Source of the DNA: a virus
Lineage: Duplodnaviria > Caudoviricetes
IMG/VR virus record: IMGVR_UViG_3300037657_000249
Coordinates: 1-43,466 of that record
DNA: 43,466 nucleotides
Direction: 5' to 3' (one strand)
The translations under genes and the position numbers were made by a program. Below, piece by piece: positions 1-9,009 of this stretch. The notes beneath the pieces are model-generated. The model was not told the DNA's origin, made no database searches, and was given only the letters and a program-made list of their open reading frames with translations. Position 1 is the stretch's first letter; every line of letters starts with the position of its first letter.

Positions 1-267
1 CTACCGCTGGCGCATGTCGGCGGAGGTCCAAGCCTCCGGCCGCCGCCAGAGGACCGTCACGATCGCGTAGAACCCGCGACGGCGGTCATCGTCCGCCAGG
101 ACCACAACAAGCTCGCCCTTGATGAAGCGGCGCTTGCCACGGTGAGGCTCGACGATCTCCGGGTGCATGAGCACGTCGGCGACCTGCGCCTGGGTTACGT
201 TGCGGTCGGCCATGACCTCCGCGGCGTGCCAAGTGAAGCGCACGTTCCGAAGCTCCTCGGGGGTCAT
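1..267 (-). CDS. DUF4258-like (BrnT/RelE-fold) small protein, 88 aa
   Basis: MTPEELRNVRFTWHAAEVMADRNVTQAQVADVLMHPE matches the F-T-x-HA-x-x-x-M-x-x-R-x-h-T pattern; RBS GAAAGGAG; own SigA promoter. Confidence 0.6.
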   Translation of the reverse strand: MTPEELRNVRFTWHAAEVMADRNVTQAQVADVLMHPEIVEPHRGKRRFIKGELVVVLADDDRRRGFYAIVTVLWRRPEAWTSADMRQR

Positions 268-299
268 GCGTTCTCCTTTCTGTTTGAGTGCGTGTAAAC

Positions 300-328
300 A
301 GCATAGCAACGTAAGGCGCCTCACGCAA
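300..328 (-). promoter_or_regulatory. SigA-type promoter overlapped by operator (310-325)
   Basis: TTGCGT-N17-TATGCT on the minus strand; CGTAAGGCGCCTCACG spans the -35 and spacer. Confidence 0.75.
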
Positions 329-334
329 CACGAG

Positions 335-378
335 AAAAGCAAAGGCCCCCGGTCGGGTTCCGGGGGCCTCTGCGTTTT
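335..378. terminator. Intrinsic terminator, probably bidirectional
   Basis: AGGCCCCCGG/CCGGGGGCCT stem with T-rich flanks on both strands. Confidence 0.7.
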
Positions 379-389
379 GGGGGGCTGGA

Positions 390-671
390 TCAGCTAATGC
401 CGACGGCGCGGCGCGCGTTGACGGCGCGTGTCTGGCTGGGGAGCGTGAAGAGGTCGATCAGTACGCCGATCCCGAGCACGCCGAGCGTGAGGAGGTACAG
501 GACGCCGCGGCCGACCTTGCCGAGGTAGAACTGGTGTGCGCCGAACACGCCAAGGAGGATCAGGAAGATATAGGCGATCCCGACCTCCTTCTGGGCGAGC
601 GCCGGTTGCGTCGGCACCTGGACGTAAACAGTCTGAGGCGCGGGCGCGGCGGTAGGTGTGGGCTCGGTCAT
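390..671 (-). CDS. TM2/NINE-domain membrane protein, 93 aa
   Basis: [51 protein letters not shown] is a typical TM2 signature; RBS GAAAGGA. Confidence 0.85.
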   Translation of the reverse strand: MTEPTPTAAPAPQTVYVQVPTQPALAQKEVGIAYIFLILLGVFGAHQFYLGKVGRGVLYLLTLGVLGIGVLIDLFTLPSQTRAVNARRAVGIS

Positions 672-711
672 GGCGTTGTGTCCTTTCATCGCCCGAAGCG
701 GGCACGCGAAG

Positions 712-741
712 AGCGTAAGACGAGAAGGGCGCCTCACGCAA
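712..741 (-). promoter_or_regulatory. SigA-type promoter with operator-like site (723-738)
   Basis: TTGCGT-N18-TACGCT; half-site GGCGCCTCACG. Confidence 0.65.
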
Positions 742-744
742 GGG

Positions 745-778
745 CGAAAGCCCCCGGCGGGATGCCGAGGGCCTTCGA
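745..778 (-). terminator. Intrinsic terminator
   Basis: CGAAAGCCCCCGGC/GCCGAGGGCCTTCG imperfect stem after the 786-1178 gene. Confidence 0.6.
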
Positions 779-785
779 TGGGTTG

Positions 786-1178
786 TTAGATCACTGCGCG
801 GAGCTGAGGGCTCGCGAGTGCCGTCGGGCGGTTGTGGCTTACGAGGGTCGCTTCTCGGCCGTCGTAGACGAGCTGGCGGCGTCCCCGGATGATGTGCGCG
901 TCGTCGACCGCGTAGGTCGCGAGCACGTAGTCGCAATCTTCGAGGAGGTCGAGGAAGCCGAGAAACCATGTGCGCAACGCCTCGACCGAGTCGAAGGCGA
1001 AGAGGTGGTATCTGCGAATCTCGTCGCCGCGGAGCGGGAAGCCGCCGTCGTGGTAGGGGTTCGGGTGGCTGCGGTCAGAGTGCGCGTACTGCATTTCGTC
1101 GAGACGGCCGAACGACTCCGGGCCACCGTAGGGACCGGAGCGCTCGACGCGGTGCTCGATCCGATAGACGAGCGCCAC
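786..1178 (-). CDS. Hypothetical phage protein, 130 aa
   Basis: Protein-like composition (VYRIEH...GPY...FAFDS...WF); closely spaced with the upstream gene. Confidence 0.8.
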   Translation of the reverse strand: MALVYRIEHRVERSGPYGGPESFGRLDEMQYAHSDRSHPNPYHDGGFPLRGDEIRRYHLFAFDSVEALRTWFLGFLDLLEDCDYVLATYAVDDAHIIRGRRQLVYDGREATLVSHNRPTALASPQLRAVI

Positions 1179-1182
1179 CGGG

Positions 1183-1380
1183 CTAGCCCTCGATCAGGGC
1201 GACGTGCGCCGCGACCTTCGTCTGGAGCGTTGCCAGCTCCGGCGCGCGCACGACGATTCGGGCGACGTCTTGGACCTCGCGCGTCGGGGCCTTTTGCTCG
1301 TTCCGTTGCTGGTACTGCACCGGGCTCGCCGGAGCGGTTGACGTCTTGGTGACTTCGATTACGGCGGTGTAGTGCTCCAC
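1183..1380 (-). CDS. Hypothetical protein, 65 aa
   Basis: GTG start with RBS GAGAGGAG, directly downstream of a phage promoter motif. Confidence 0.75.
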   Translation of the reverse strand: MEHYTAVIEVTKTSTAPASPVQYQQRNEQKAPTREVQDVARIVVRAPELATLQTKVAAHVALIEG

Positions 1381-1411
1381 GGTGGGGCTCCTCTCATGGG
1401 GTATTTGTCAG

Positions 1412-1441
1412 AGAAGGGGGCCGGGGTCGTGCTGCTGCTCA
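1412..1441 (-). promoter_or_regulatory. Phage-specific promoter motif
   Basis: TGAGCA-N13-GGCCCCCTTCT; predicted +1 at 1406. Confidence 0.75.
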
Positions 1442-1451
1442 ATAAATGCGA

Positions 1452-1482
1452 GAAGGCCCCCGGAGTGATCCGAGGGCCTTTC
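1452..1482 (-). terminator. Intrinsic terminator
   Basis: GAAGGCCCCCGGA/TCCGAGGGCCTTT stem. Confidence 0.65.
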
Positions 1483-1493
1483 GTTCGCGTGGC

Positions 1494-2156
1494 TTAGTGC
1501 TGGGGGGTCGGCTCGCCGAGAATGCGCGAGACCGTGGACTTCGAGACGCCGGTCTCGGCCGCGATCTCGCGGACCGTCTTAGCCTCCGTGGCGAGCCGCC
1601 GGACGTGGGCGTCGACGGCGGCGGTCCGGCGCGAGCGGGTCGAGGCCGCGCGGCGCGCGCGCTGCGGTGCCGCGGCCGGTGTGGGGGCCGGGACCTCGGC
1701 GGCGGGCGCGTGGTCCTCGACGATCAGCTCGGCGAGGGTGTGCATCGCGAGGAGGGCGGCGATCGGCGCGAGGCCAGCGATAACGGCCCCGACTAGGTGC
1801 TCCTGGTCAGGGGTCAGTCCGCCCCATGCGTGGAGCGCGTTCGCACCGACCGAGAGGGCGGTCCAGAGGATCAGGGAGACCCAAGCGAACCTGTAGGGGC
1901 CGGTCTGGCGACGGGCACGGAACACGAACAGCGCGAGCGTGTAGACGAGGATCGCGCCGTCGAAGGTGATCGGGACCGCCGAGCGGAGCCACTCGGGGAC
2001 GCTAGCCCACTCGGCCGCGGCCGTGAGGCCGGAGAAGGTGAGCATCATGGACGAGACGAACACGACGACCGCGGAGAGGATGCCGAGGAGGAGTACGGGC
2101 ATTGAGTCCGGCCGGATGCGGTCGCGGCGCTTCGGGGTGTGGGGCTGAGTGGTCAT
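1494..2156 (-). CDS. DUF2637-like multi-TM protein with C-terminal HTH, 220 aa
   Basis: Several TM segments (FSGL...VPITFDGAIL...SVGANALHA) followed by TVREIAAETGVSKSTVSRIL HTH; RBS GAAAGGA. Confidence 0.75.
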   Translation of the reverse strand: MTTQPHTPKRRDRIRPDSMPVLLLGILSAVVVFVSSMMLTFSGLTAAAEWASVPEWLRSAVPITFDGAILVYTLALFVFRARRQTGPYRFAWVSLILWTALSVGANALHAWGGLTPDQEHLVGAVIAGLAPIAALLAMHTLAELIVEDHAPAAEVPAPTPAAAPQRARRAASTRSRRTAAVDAHVRRLATEAKTVREIAAETGVSKSTVSRILGEPTPQH

Positions 2157-2182
2157 CGTGTGGGGTCCTTTCGTGGGGCGCT

Positions 2183-2776
2183 TCACGCTTCGATCATTAC
2201 GATTTGGTGGCAGGGGCAGAGCGGGGCGCCGTAGCTGTCGAGCCAGGTACGGGTGAGGCGGGCGATATAGCCGGAGCCCTCGGCGCACTCGACCTTGAGC
2301 ATCCGCGTACCCTGCTTCTTCGGGCCGTCGGCGCCGTCAGCCGACCCGAGGCGCGCGTGGGGGTAGGGGCCGATTTCGGCGACGAGCGCTTCGAGGCGGG
2401 CCTTCAGCTCGTCCCCGGCGACCGTGGCGGTCATCTTGCCGGTGAGGCCGATCGCCTTCGCGATCTTGGCGAAGCGTCCCTTGTGGCCGCTCTCGCAGTC
2501 GTCGACGGCGTGAACCAGCTCGTGCGCGAGAACGTCGAGCACGCGGACCGCGTCGTCGAGGACGGGGGAGATAAAGAGCTGAGAGACGCCGTCGGCTGCG
2601 GCCTTCGACGACCAGCACTGACCGATCACGGCGTTCTTACGGCCGCGCCCGCCGGGCCAGCCGACCGAGACGCGGACCTGGGGGATGGTCTCGCCGACCT
2701 CGGCGAAGAGAACAGCGAGGCGGTCGACGGCGGCGACGAGCCACTCCTCGCGGGTGTTGTACGTGGTGCCGGTCAT
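2183..2776 (-). CDS. SprT-like zinc metalloprotease, 197 aa
   Basis: LAHELVHA HExxH motif plus GH-x-G-x-F and a C-terminal Cys cluster (C...CPC). Confidence 0.85.
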   Translation of the reverse strand: MTGTTYNTREEWLVAAVDRLAVLFAEVGETIPQVRVSVGWPGGRGRKNAVIGQCWSSKAAADGVSQLFISPVLDDAVRVLDVLAHELVHAVDDCESGHKGRFAKIAKAIGLTGKMTATVAGDELKARLEALVAEIGPYPHARLGSADGADGPKKQGTRMLKVECAEGSGYIARLTRTWLDSYGAPLCPCHQIVMIEA

Positions 2777-2805
2777 TGTGGGCTCCTTTCTGGGGGCGTG
2801 TAAAC

Positions 2806-2834
2806 AGCATACCCACGTGAGGCGACTCGCGCAA
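2806..2834 (-). promoter_or_regulatory. SigA-type promoter overlapped by operator (2816-2831)
   Basis: TTGCGC-N17-TATGCT; CGTGAGGCGACTCGCG. Confidence 0.75.
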
Positions 2835-2899
2835 GTCGACAGTTGGAAGGCCCCCCGTGGGAGGACTCGGGGGCCGCCCTCACGCGAGCCGCCTCACGC

Positions 2900-3688
2900 T
2901 TAGACCGCTAGAGCTGCACGCATTTTCTCCAGTGCGCCGGTCCGCGTGCGCTGCACCTTCTGGCGGGAGAATCCGAGGCGGTGGGCGATCTCGGCGTCCG
3001 GGACCGGGTCGAAGTCCGAGAATCCATAGGCGAGGCGGACGACGTCGGCCTCCAGAGAGTCGACGGCCTGAAACGCTGCCTCGACGAGGATCGCGTCCTC
3101 GACGTCGGCCTCCTTGCCGTCCCACAAGGGGCGTACGTCCGCGCGGTTCCACCGCTCGCTCTCGTCGGTGCCGTGGTCGACGTCGAGCGAGTCGACATTG
3201 CGCACGGCGTAGAAGACCGCGAGGAAGGTCTCGGTTTTCATTTCGTAGGCCGGGGCGAGGGCTGCCGCCTCGTAGACGTTCCCGCCCGCCGCCCGGAGAA
3301 TGCCGTAGAACCGCTTCAGCGTCCGGCTCGGGATAGAAAACGCGATCGGGCCGACGATGCTCGTCGAGACGGCGTCGGCGAGGTATCCGGCGATGATCGC
3401 GGCCAGCCGATCATGCGAGGTCGGGTCGAAGGCGTGGATCGCCTCCAATAGCCCCTCGATCGCTGCGGTCCGAAGGTCCTCGGAGTCGCCGCCCCATGCG
3501 CCGCCCGCCGAGCGGTACGAGCTGGCGGCGTTTCGCAGAGCGGGGGCGTAGGCGTACACGAGCGCGATCGTCGCGTCCTGGTCGCCAAGCTGTGCCTTCG
3601 CGAGCGCCAAACGCTCCTCTTCGACGGTCATGCGCGTCTCGGCGCCCTGCTCGAACACCTCGGCGAGTACATTCTCGAATGCGGTCAT
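2900..3688 (-). CDS. Sigma70-like transcription factor, 262 aa
   Basis: Region 2-like DLRTAAIEGLLEAIHAFDP and region 4 HTH PDAEIAHRLGFSRQKVQRTRTGALEKMR; RBS GAAAGGA. Confidence 0.85.
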   Translation of the reverse strand: MTAFENVLAEVFEQGAETRMTVEEERLALAKAQLGDQDATIALVYAYAPALRNAASSYRSAGGAWGGDSEDLRTAAIEGLLEAIHAFDPTSHDRLAAIIAGYLADAVSTSIVGPIAFSIPSRTLKRFYGILRAAGGNVYEAAALAPAYEMKTETFLAVFYAVRNVDSLDVDHGTDESERWNRADVRPLWDGKEADVEDAILVEAAFQAVDSLEADVVRLAYGFSDFDPVPDAEIAHRLGFSRQKVQRTRTGALEKMRAALAV

Positions 3689-3700
3689 GGCGTTTCCTTT

Positions 3701-3792
3701 CGTGAGGCGCCTCACGTTATGAGCCGGGCTCATTGCGCGGGCGTTCTTGTGTTGATCTGGGGTACGTTAGGCACGCGAGGCGCCTCACGCAA
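3701..3792 (-). promoter_or_regulatory. SigA promoter of the sigma-like gene with two operators (3701-3716 perfect palindrome; 3774-3789)
   Basis: TTGCGT-N17-TAACGT at 3764-3792; CGTGAGGCGCCTCACG and CGCGAGGCGCCTCACG. Confidence 0.8.
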
Positions 3793-3827
3793 AATTGAGC
3801 GGCGTGTCGTGGGGGTTCCCTGCCGGA

Positions 3828-4139
3828 TCAGGGCGCGGCGCCGTTCCATGCGTCCAGCGAATGCTCTACAGCCGCACGGGAAGCGCGGAGCACGCGGCCA
3901 GCGCGCTCTAGGTTGGTTTCCGACTTCGTCACAGCGTCGCGCAAGGCGAGACGCCGGTCGTCCGTAACGATGTTGAGCGTCGGGTCCGAGTGCCCGCCGC
4001 GCGAGCGCTCGGTCGTGTCCTCGCGTGGCTGCGGGGTGTGCGAGGCCGACCATTGAGCGTCCTCGGCGGCGGCTACCGCTGCGGCGAGGGCCAGGGCTTC
4101 GCGGGCCACGGCGCGGGCCAGTTCGAGAGTGTTCGTCAT
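3828..4139 (-). CDS. Conserved actinophage hypothetical protein, 103 aa
   Basis: QW...GGHSDPT...D-x-RRLALR motif, helical; RBS GAAAGGA. Confidence 0.75.
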   Translation of the reverse strand: MTNTLELARAVAREALALAAAVAAAEDAQWSASHTPQPREDTTERSRGGHSDPTLNIVTDDRRLALRDAVTKSETNLERAGRVLRASRAAVEHSLDAWNGAAP

Positions 4140-4158
4140 GGGTTGGTCCTTTCGTGGG

Positions 4159-6003
4159 TTACTTGGCGTCAAGCTCTGGCGGGATGCCGTAGGCGGAGCC
4201 CCACGACCGCCCGGTTACCTCTCCGGTCGACGTGAGGGGCACGCCGTAGAAGTCGCCGGACATGATCCGCCCCAGCTCGCGAGCGACGTCGTCGGCGTCC
4301 TCTCGGGGTGCCTGGGCGAGAATCTCGTCGTGGATCGGCAAGAGGAGATAGTCGCCGAGCCCGGCGTCGAAGAGGTCGACGATCGCCTGGGCGAGCACGT
4401 CGCGGGCCGTTGACTGCACGACGTAGTTGGTCGCGGAGTAGAGCCGGTCGCGGTCGAGCGGGAGGTGGCGGCCCGAAACCGTGATGACTTCCTTCTTGCC
4501 GTACTCCGCGCGGCGCTGGAGTCTCGCGCTGTAGCGCTTGATCTCGGGATAGACGCGGTCGTATTCGGCGATTGCGTGGGCGACGGCGTCGATCGGTGCG
4601 CCGGTCTGGCGGGCGAGTGTTGCCTTCCCGCCGCCGTAGACCTTGCCGAAGCCGACGCCCTTCATTAGGCCACGCTGGAACTTCGAGAACGTCTCGCCGT
4701 AGACGAGCTGGGCGGTGTAGCCGTGTAGGTCGACGCCGTCCTCAATCGCCTTCTTCATGGCCTTCACGTCGGCGAGGGCCGCTAGGACGCGAAGCTCGAT
4801 TTGGTCGTAGTCGGACGAAACCATGACGTGCCCCGGGTCGGAGATCACGGCACGGCGGATCGTCCAGTCCTTTGAGGGGAGCTGCTGGAGCGGCGGCCGG
4901 GACACGCTCATGCGGGCGGTGCGAGCTGCGAGCCCGCCGATCGAGGGGTGTAGCCGGTCGCTCTCGTCGCGGAGGTTCACGAAGGCATCGACGTAGGCCG
5001 TCTGCCACTTCTCGGCACGCTTGGCGCGGAGTACCGCGTCGGCGAGCGGGTTCGGGTCTCGCGCCTCGATCCGCGCCCATTGCATGTCCAAGTCGGCCAG
5101 CGGCAAGAGCACGCCCTTGTCGACCTTCAACGCCCCGGAGTCGGTGCGCTCGGTCAACGTCTCGCCCATCCCTTCGAGCGACGCCGCGACCTGTGCGGTC
5201 GAGTTGACGTTCTCGACGCCGTAGCGCTTGGCGACGGTGCGGAACTGGGCCGCCTCGGCGGAGAGGCGCGGGCGGAGTGTCTCGATGTAGTCGAGGTCGA
5301 GAAGCATCCCCTTGCGCTGCATGAGCGAGAGGAGGGTCGCGAGGTGGTGCTCGAACTTCGAGAGGTGGGAGAGTCCGAGGTCCTTCACGAGCGGCCCCAG
5401 CTCGTAGAAGAGGCGGGTCCCGAGGATGACGTCGAGCCCGGCGTAACGGATATACAGCTCGTCGTCGATCGGGATTCCGGCCCATCCGGTTTCCTTGGTG
5501 AAGCCAAGCTCCCGGAAGCGCTTGTTGAGGCCGTCCTGAGTGTCGGGCGCGGAGTCGTCGACGTAGATCGCGGAGAGCGGCTTCAGCGAGAGACCTGCGC
5601 CGCCCTCGTGCGGCTGCCGCGGGTCGAGGAGGTGCGCGAAGATACGGGTATCGAAGACCCGGTCGGCCAACTCCTCGATCTTGACGCCGAGCGTGCGGTC
5701 GATCACTTGGAGATCGAAGGGGGCGTTGTGGATCGTGAACGATCGAGGCTGCCGCAACGCGCGCACGATTGCGTCTTGGAATAGATCCCTCTGGAGGACC
5801 CACGCCTCGCGGGCGTTGCCGATCTGGACTAGGCGCGTCTTGAAGCCACGAGAGTAAATGTCGAGGCCGGTCGTTTCCGTGTCGAGGCCGAGGACCTTGT
5901 CGCCCTGGGCGAGGAAGTCCTCGAACCCGGCGAGGTCGGTCCGGCGCTCCGGGAAGAAGATTCGACAGTCGTCGCCGTCGATCGTGTGGCTAAGGGTGAG
6001 CAA
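4159..6003 (-). CDS. polA: Family A DNA polymerase with 3'-5' exonuclease
   Basis: DTETTG (ExoI), HNAPFD (ExoII), YAGLD (ExoIII), motif A DYDQIELR, motif B K...GKVYG, motif C IHDE. Confidence 0.96.
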   Translation of the reverse strand: MLTLSHTIDGDDCRIFFPERRTDLAGFEDFLAQGDKVLGLDTETTGLDIYSRGFKTRLVQIGNAREAWVLQRDLFQDAIVRALRQPRSFTIHNAPFDLQVIDRTLGVKIEELADRVFDTRIFAHLLDPRQPHEGGAGLSLKPLSAIYVDDSAPDTQDGLNKRFRELGFTKETGWAGIPIDDELYIRYAGLDVILGTRLFYELGPLVKDLGLSHLSKFEHHLATLLSLMQRKGMLLDLDYIETLRPRLSAEAAQFRTVAKRYGVENVNSTAQVAASLEGMGETLTERTDSGALKVDKGVLLPLADLDMQWARIEARDPNPLADAVLRAKRAEKWQTAYVDAFVNLRDESDRLHPSIGGLAARTARMSVSRPPLQQLPSKDWTIRRAVISDPGHVMVSSDYDQIELRVLAALADVKAMKKAIEDGVDLHGYTAQLVYGETFSKFQRGLMKGVGFGKVYGGGKATLARQTGAPIDAVAHAIAEYDRVYPEIKRYSARLQRRAEYGKKEVITVSGRHLPLDRDRLYSATNYVVQSTARDVLAQAIVDLFDAGLGDYLLLPIHDEILAQAPREDADDVARELGRIMSGDFYGVPLTSTGEVTGRSWGSAYGIPPELDAK

Positions 6004-6052
6004 GTCGCGGTGCTCCTTTGAGTTGAGGGCGTGTAAACGGCCCGGCGTGCGC

Positions 6053-6096
6053 GAAGGCCCCGCCTCCTCGCCGCGAACGGGGGAGACGGGGCCTTC
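6053..6096 (-). terminator. Terminator-like hairpin between primase and polymerase
   Basis: GAAGGCCCCG/CGGGGCCTTC stem. Confidence 0.55.
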
Positions 6097-6106
6097 ATGT
6101 ATCGGG

Positions 6107-8614
6107 CTACAGGATCGCGTCGAGGTCGGCGCCGTGCAGAGTGGATACCGACGGGGTCGGGGGCTCAGATGAGTAGGGGGCCGGGGCGCCCTCCTCTGCC
6201 CGTTCCGGTGCAGTGTGATCCGGGACCGCGTCGGTCTGGCGCGCTCGTCGGATGCCGTCGAACACGGTTTTACCGCCCGTCCCGCGCCGCTTGACGAGGC
6301 CGCGCTCCTCCAGCGCTCCGAAGAACGCCCGGCGGCTCCAGCGCTTGAGGTCGAGGTAGTTGCCCTCGTCCGCCCACTCTTGGAAGGCGTGGAAGAGCTG
6401 CTCGCCCTGCACGCTCTTACCGGAGTCGTCGAGTACGAACACGCCGGGGAGGAAGCCGTCGAGCACGTTCGAGGTCTCGCGGTACTCGCGGGTTGAGGTG
6501 CGGATGACGTCCGGGTCTCCGAGCCCGTCGGCGTACCACTCCACGGCGCCGCGCACGGCCCACGCGAAGATTCCCTCGGCCTCCGCGAGGAGCTTCTCGC
6601 CGAGCTGCGGGTCGCGCTCCTCCGGCTTGAAGAATCGCTCCCACGGAATGAGCTTCACCCGGCGCCAGAGCCCCTCGTCCTGCCCTTTGAAGTTGGGCTT
6701 CGCGTTCGTCGCCAGCATGAGGAGGAACGTCGGGCGGAACTCGAAGAACTCCTTGCGCATGAACCGCGCCGAGATCAGGTCGCGGCCGGTAACGCGCTTG
6801 AGCACGGCCTCCGCCATTTGCCTACCCTGCTCGCCCTCGGATGCCATGACCAAGCGGGCGCCCTTGAGCGCTGCGAGGTCGTTCGGGATGCCGCCGGAGG
6901 GGCGATCCTCGAAGGTCGAGAACGGCGTCGTTACGGTCAGCTCGCGGAATACCTCGGTGGTCGTGTCCGTGAAAACTGACTTCCCATTAGCCCCGCGGCC
7001 CCAGTGGACAACGAAGCACTGCTCGGTCGTGTGCCCGGTGATCCCGTAGCCGACGACCCGGCGGAGGTAGTCGGGAATGGCCGGGTGATTCGGGAACACC
7101 TCGCCGAGGAACGACTCCCACCGCGGCGCTCGCGCGTCGGGGTTGTAGTCGAGGTCGATGCGCCGAGTGAGGAGAAGCGTCGGGTCGTGCGGCTGGAGGA
7201 CTCCGGTCCGTAGGTTCACGACGCCATTACGACAGGCGACGAGGTCGGGGTGCCGGTCGAAGTCGTCGAGCGCTGCGGGCACGCCGCGGACGGCCTGAAG
7301 CTCGCGGATCATGTAGTCGATGCCCTTCGACGTCTGGACGTGTGCGGCGTAGCGATTGAGGCGGCTCGCGCGCTTCTTGTCTGAGTCAGAGGCGCCGTCG
7401 CGGACGGCCTCGATCGAGGCTTCCCGCGCGAGCTTGCGGACGAGGTCGGCGACGTTCTGGGCGTGGGTTCGGATCGCCTGGCGCTCGTCTCGGCGCCACA
7501 CGCCCTCTTCGAGGAGGTAGAAGCCGGTCTCCTCGGAGTAGCGAACGCCCGAGCCGAGACTCTCGACGTAGTCGCGGAGGTAGCGCGCCCCGCCGAGATC
7601 GGTCAGCGAGTAGCGCTCCTCGTCCCACGCGAGGAGGGCCGCGGTGCGGGACTTGACCGGCGCGGCCTTCGCGATTGCGACGTGCGCCTCGACGTCGAAC
7701 CGGGCGGGGTTGCCCGCGCGCCAGTCGGACAAGTCGAGACCGTCGGGGACGTCGAGGATACGGACCGCGACCTCGCGCGCGACGAGGCCCTCGGCGAGCT
7801 GCGTCGAGAACCGCCGACCGGCGGGGTCGCCGTCGCCAGCGATCACGGCCTCGCGGTCGCCGATCATGCGCGCGACCTCGTCGAGTACGTGCTCGTTCGA
7901 GGCGAGGCCCGCTCCGCGGATTCCGACCGTGTCGAACCCGAGGGATGCGGCGGCGGTCAGGGCGTCGCCCGGCCCCTCCGTGACGAGGACTTGCCCGTCG
8001 TACCCGCCTGAGCCGGTGAAGTAGCCGATCTTCGACCACGAGGCGCCCTCCGGCGACTTCGGCCCGAGCCAGCGGAGACCGGCCTCGGGGTCGAGCGCGC
8101 GCGCCTGGAAGCCGCGGGCGACGCCGTCGCGGTCGCGGAACGGGACGACTAGGCGGAGCTGCGGACCGAAGCGCGGGTCGCCGAGATCGTCGGCGAGGCC
8201 GAGCCCCAGACGCCGCGCGTCGTCCGCCGTCACGCCGAAGCGCTCGGCGGCGTAGGCGAGAACGGCCTTCGCGTTTGCCGTTCGCTTGCCGAGGTCCTTC
8301 GCGTAGCGGTCGAGCTTCACGGCCAGCGCGGCAACCTCGGCGGGGGACGCCGGGGCGTCGGTAGAGGTCGCGAGACGCCCGAGGTCGACGTCCCCCGCGG
8401 TCATCGTCGCGAGGTCGCGCATGGAGAGCCCGAGCGCGGCGAGCACGTCGGCGGTCTCACAGCCTGCTCGGCACTTGGCGAGGACCTTTCCGCGGTCCGA
8501 GACCGTCAGACGAAGGCTCTGTTGCGAGTCGTCGTGCGCCGGACAGTGGACGAGGTAGCCGTCCGGCGCTTCCTCGACGTCGTCGAATCGGGCGAGGAGA
8601 TCAGCAAGATTCAA
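6107..8614 (-). CDS. DNA primase/helicase (Zn finger, TOPRIM, D5/P4-type SF3 helicase), 835 aa
   Basis: CPAHDD...C-x-AGC Zn finger, TEGPGDAL / GDGD TOPRIM, GRGANGKS Walker A, RFMRKEFFEF; TTG start after RBS GAAAGGA. Confidence 0.93.
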   Translation of the reverse strand: MNLADLLARFDDVEEAPDGYLVHCPAHDDSQQSLRLTVSDRGKVLAKCRAGCETADVLAALGLSMRDLATMTAGDVDLGRLATSTDAPASPAEVAALAVKLDRYAKDLGKRTANAKAVLAYAAERFGVTADDARRLGLGLADDLGDPRFGPQLRLVVPFRDRDGVARGFQARALDPEAGLRWLGPKSPEGASWSKIGYFTGSGGYDGQVLVTEGPGDALTAAASLGFDTVGIRGAGLASNEHVLDEVARMIGDREAVIAGDGDPAGRRFSTQLAEGLVAREVAVRILDVPDGLDLSDWRAGNPARFDVEAHVAIAKAAPVKSRTAALLAWDEERYSLTDLGGARYLRDYVESLGSGVRYSEETGFYLLEEGVWRRDERQAIRTHAQNVADLVRKLAREASIEAVRDGASDSDKKRASRLNRYAAHVQTSKGIDYMIRELQAVRGVPAALDDFDRHPDLVACRNGVVNLRTGVLQPHDPTLLLTRRIDLDYNPDARAPRWESFLGEVFPNHPAIPDYLRRVVGYGITGHTTEQCFVVHWGRGANGKSVFTDTTTEVFRELTVTTPFSTFEDRPSGGIPNDLAALKGARLVMASEGEQGRQMAEAVLKRVTGRDLISARFMRKEFFEFRPTFLLMLATNAKPNFKGQDEGLWRRVKLIPWERFFKPEERDPQLGEKLLAEAEGIFAWAVRGAVEWYADGLGDPDVIRTSTREYRETSNVLDGFLPGVFVLDDSGKSVQGEQLFHAFQEWADEGNYLDLKRWSRRAFFGALEERGLVKRRGTGGKTVFDGIRRARQTDAVPDHTAPERAEEGAPAPYSSEPPTPSVSTLHGADLDAIL

Positions 8615-8650
8615 GGGTTGGTCATCCTTTCGAGGGAGCTGGCAAAGAAT

Positions 8651-8713
8651 CGGCCCCCTCCCTGCATCGTTTTTCGTGATGAGGGAGGGGGCCGTAGTGG
8701 TCGGGCGTGCCCA
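8651..8713 (-). promoter_or_regulatory. Phage promoter variant whose 3' half is the 5' arm of a terminator hairpin
   Basis: TGGGCA-N14-GGCCCCCTCCC; CGGCCCCCTCCCT/AGGGAGGGGGCCG 13-bp stem followed by ATTCTTT. Confidence 0.65.
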
Positions 8714-8862
8714 CAACTGGGGCCTCGCGTGAGGCGTTTTCGGGTCTTGCCTCGTGGTGTGCTTGAATTACGCCGCGCCGGATCGGGATACGTCCGTGTG
8801 TGCGAGTGAGCGTCGATCGTGGGTAAGCGATCGGCGCTCCGTAGTTAGAAAAGAAGGGGACC

Positions 8863-9009
8863 TTGGCAAGAATCACTCAGGCGTCAGAGACGGCGCCTAT
8901 CGACACCGACTCGTATGTCCTCCTGCCGGTGCTCGGGTCACCGGGGCAATATGTCGCCGTTTTCAATGACGGGTCATACGCACAATGGACCCCGGGAGAC
9001 TTCGCCTAG
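8863..9009 (+). CDS. Small opposite-strand ORF, 48 aa (MARITQASETAPIDTDSYVLLPVLGSPGQYVAVFNDGSYAQWTPGDFA)
   Basis: TTG start after purine-rich AGAAAAGAAGGGGA; fills a gap in the minus-strand gene array; stop overlaps the resolvase stop at CTAG. Confidence 0.55.
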   Translation: MARITQASETAPIDTDSYVLLPVLGSPGQYVAVFNDGSYAQWTPGDFA

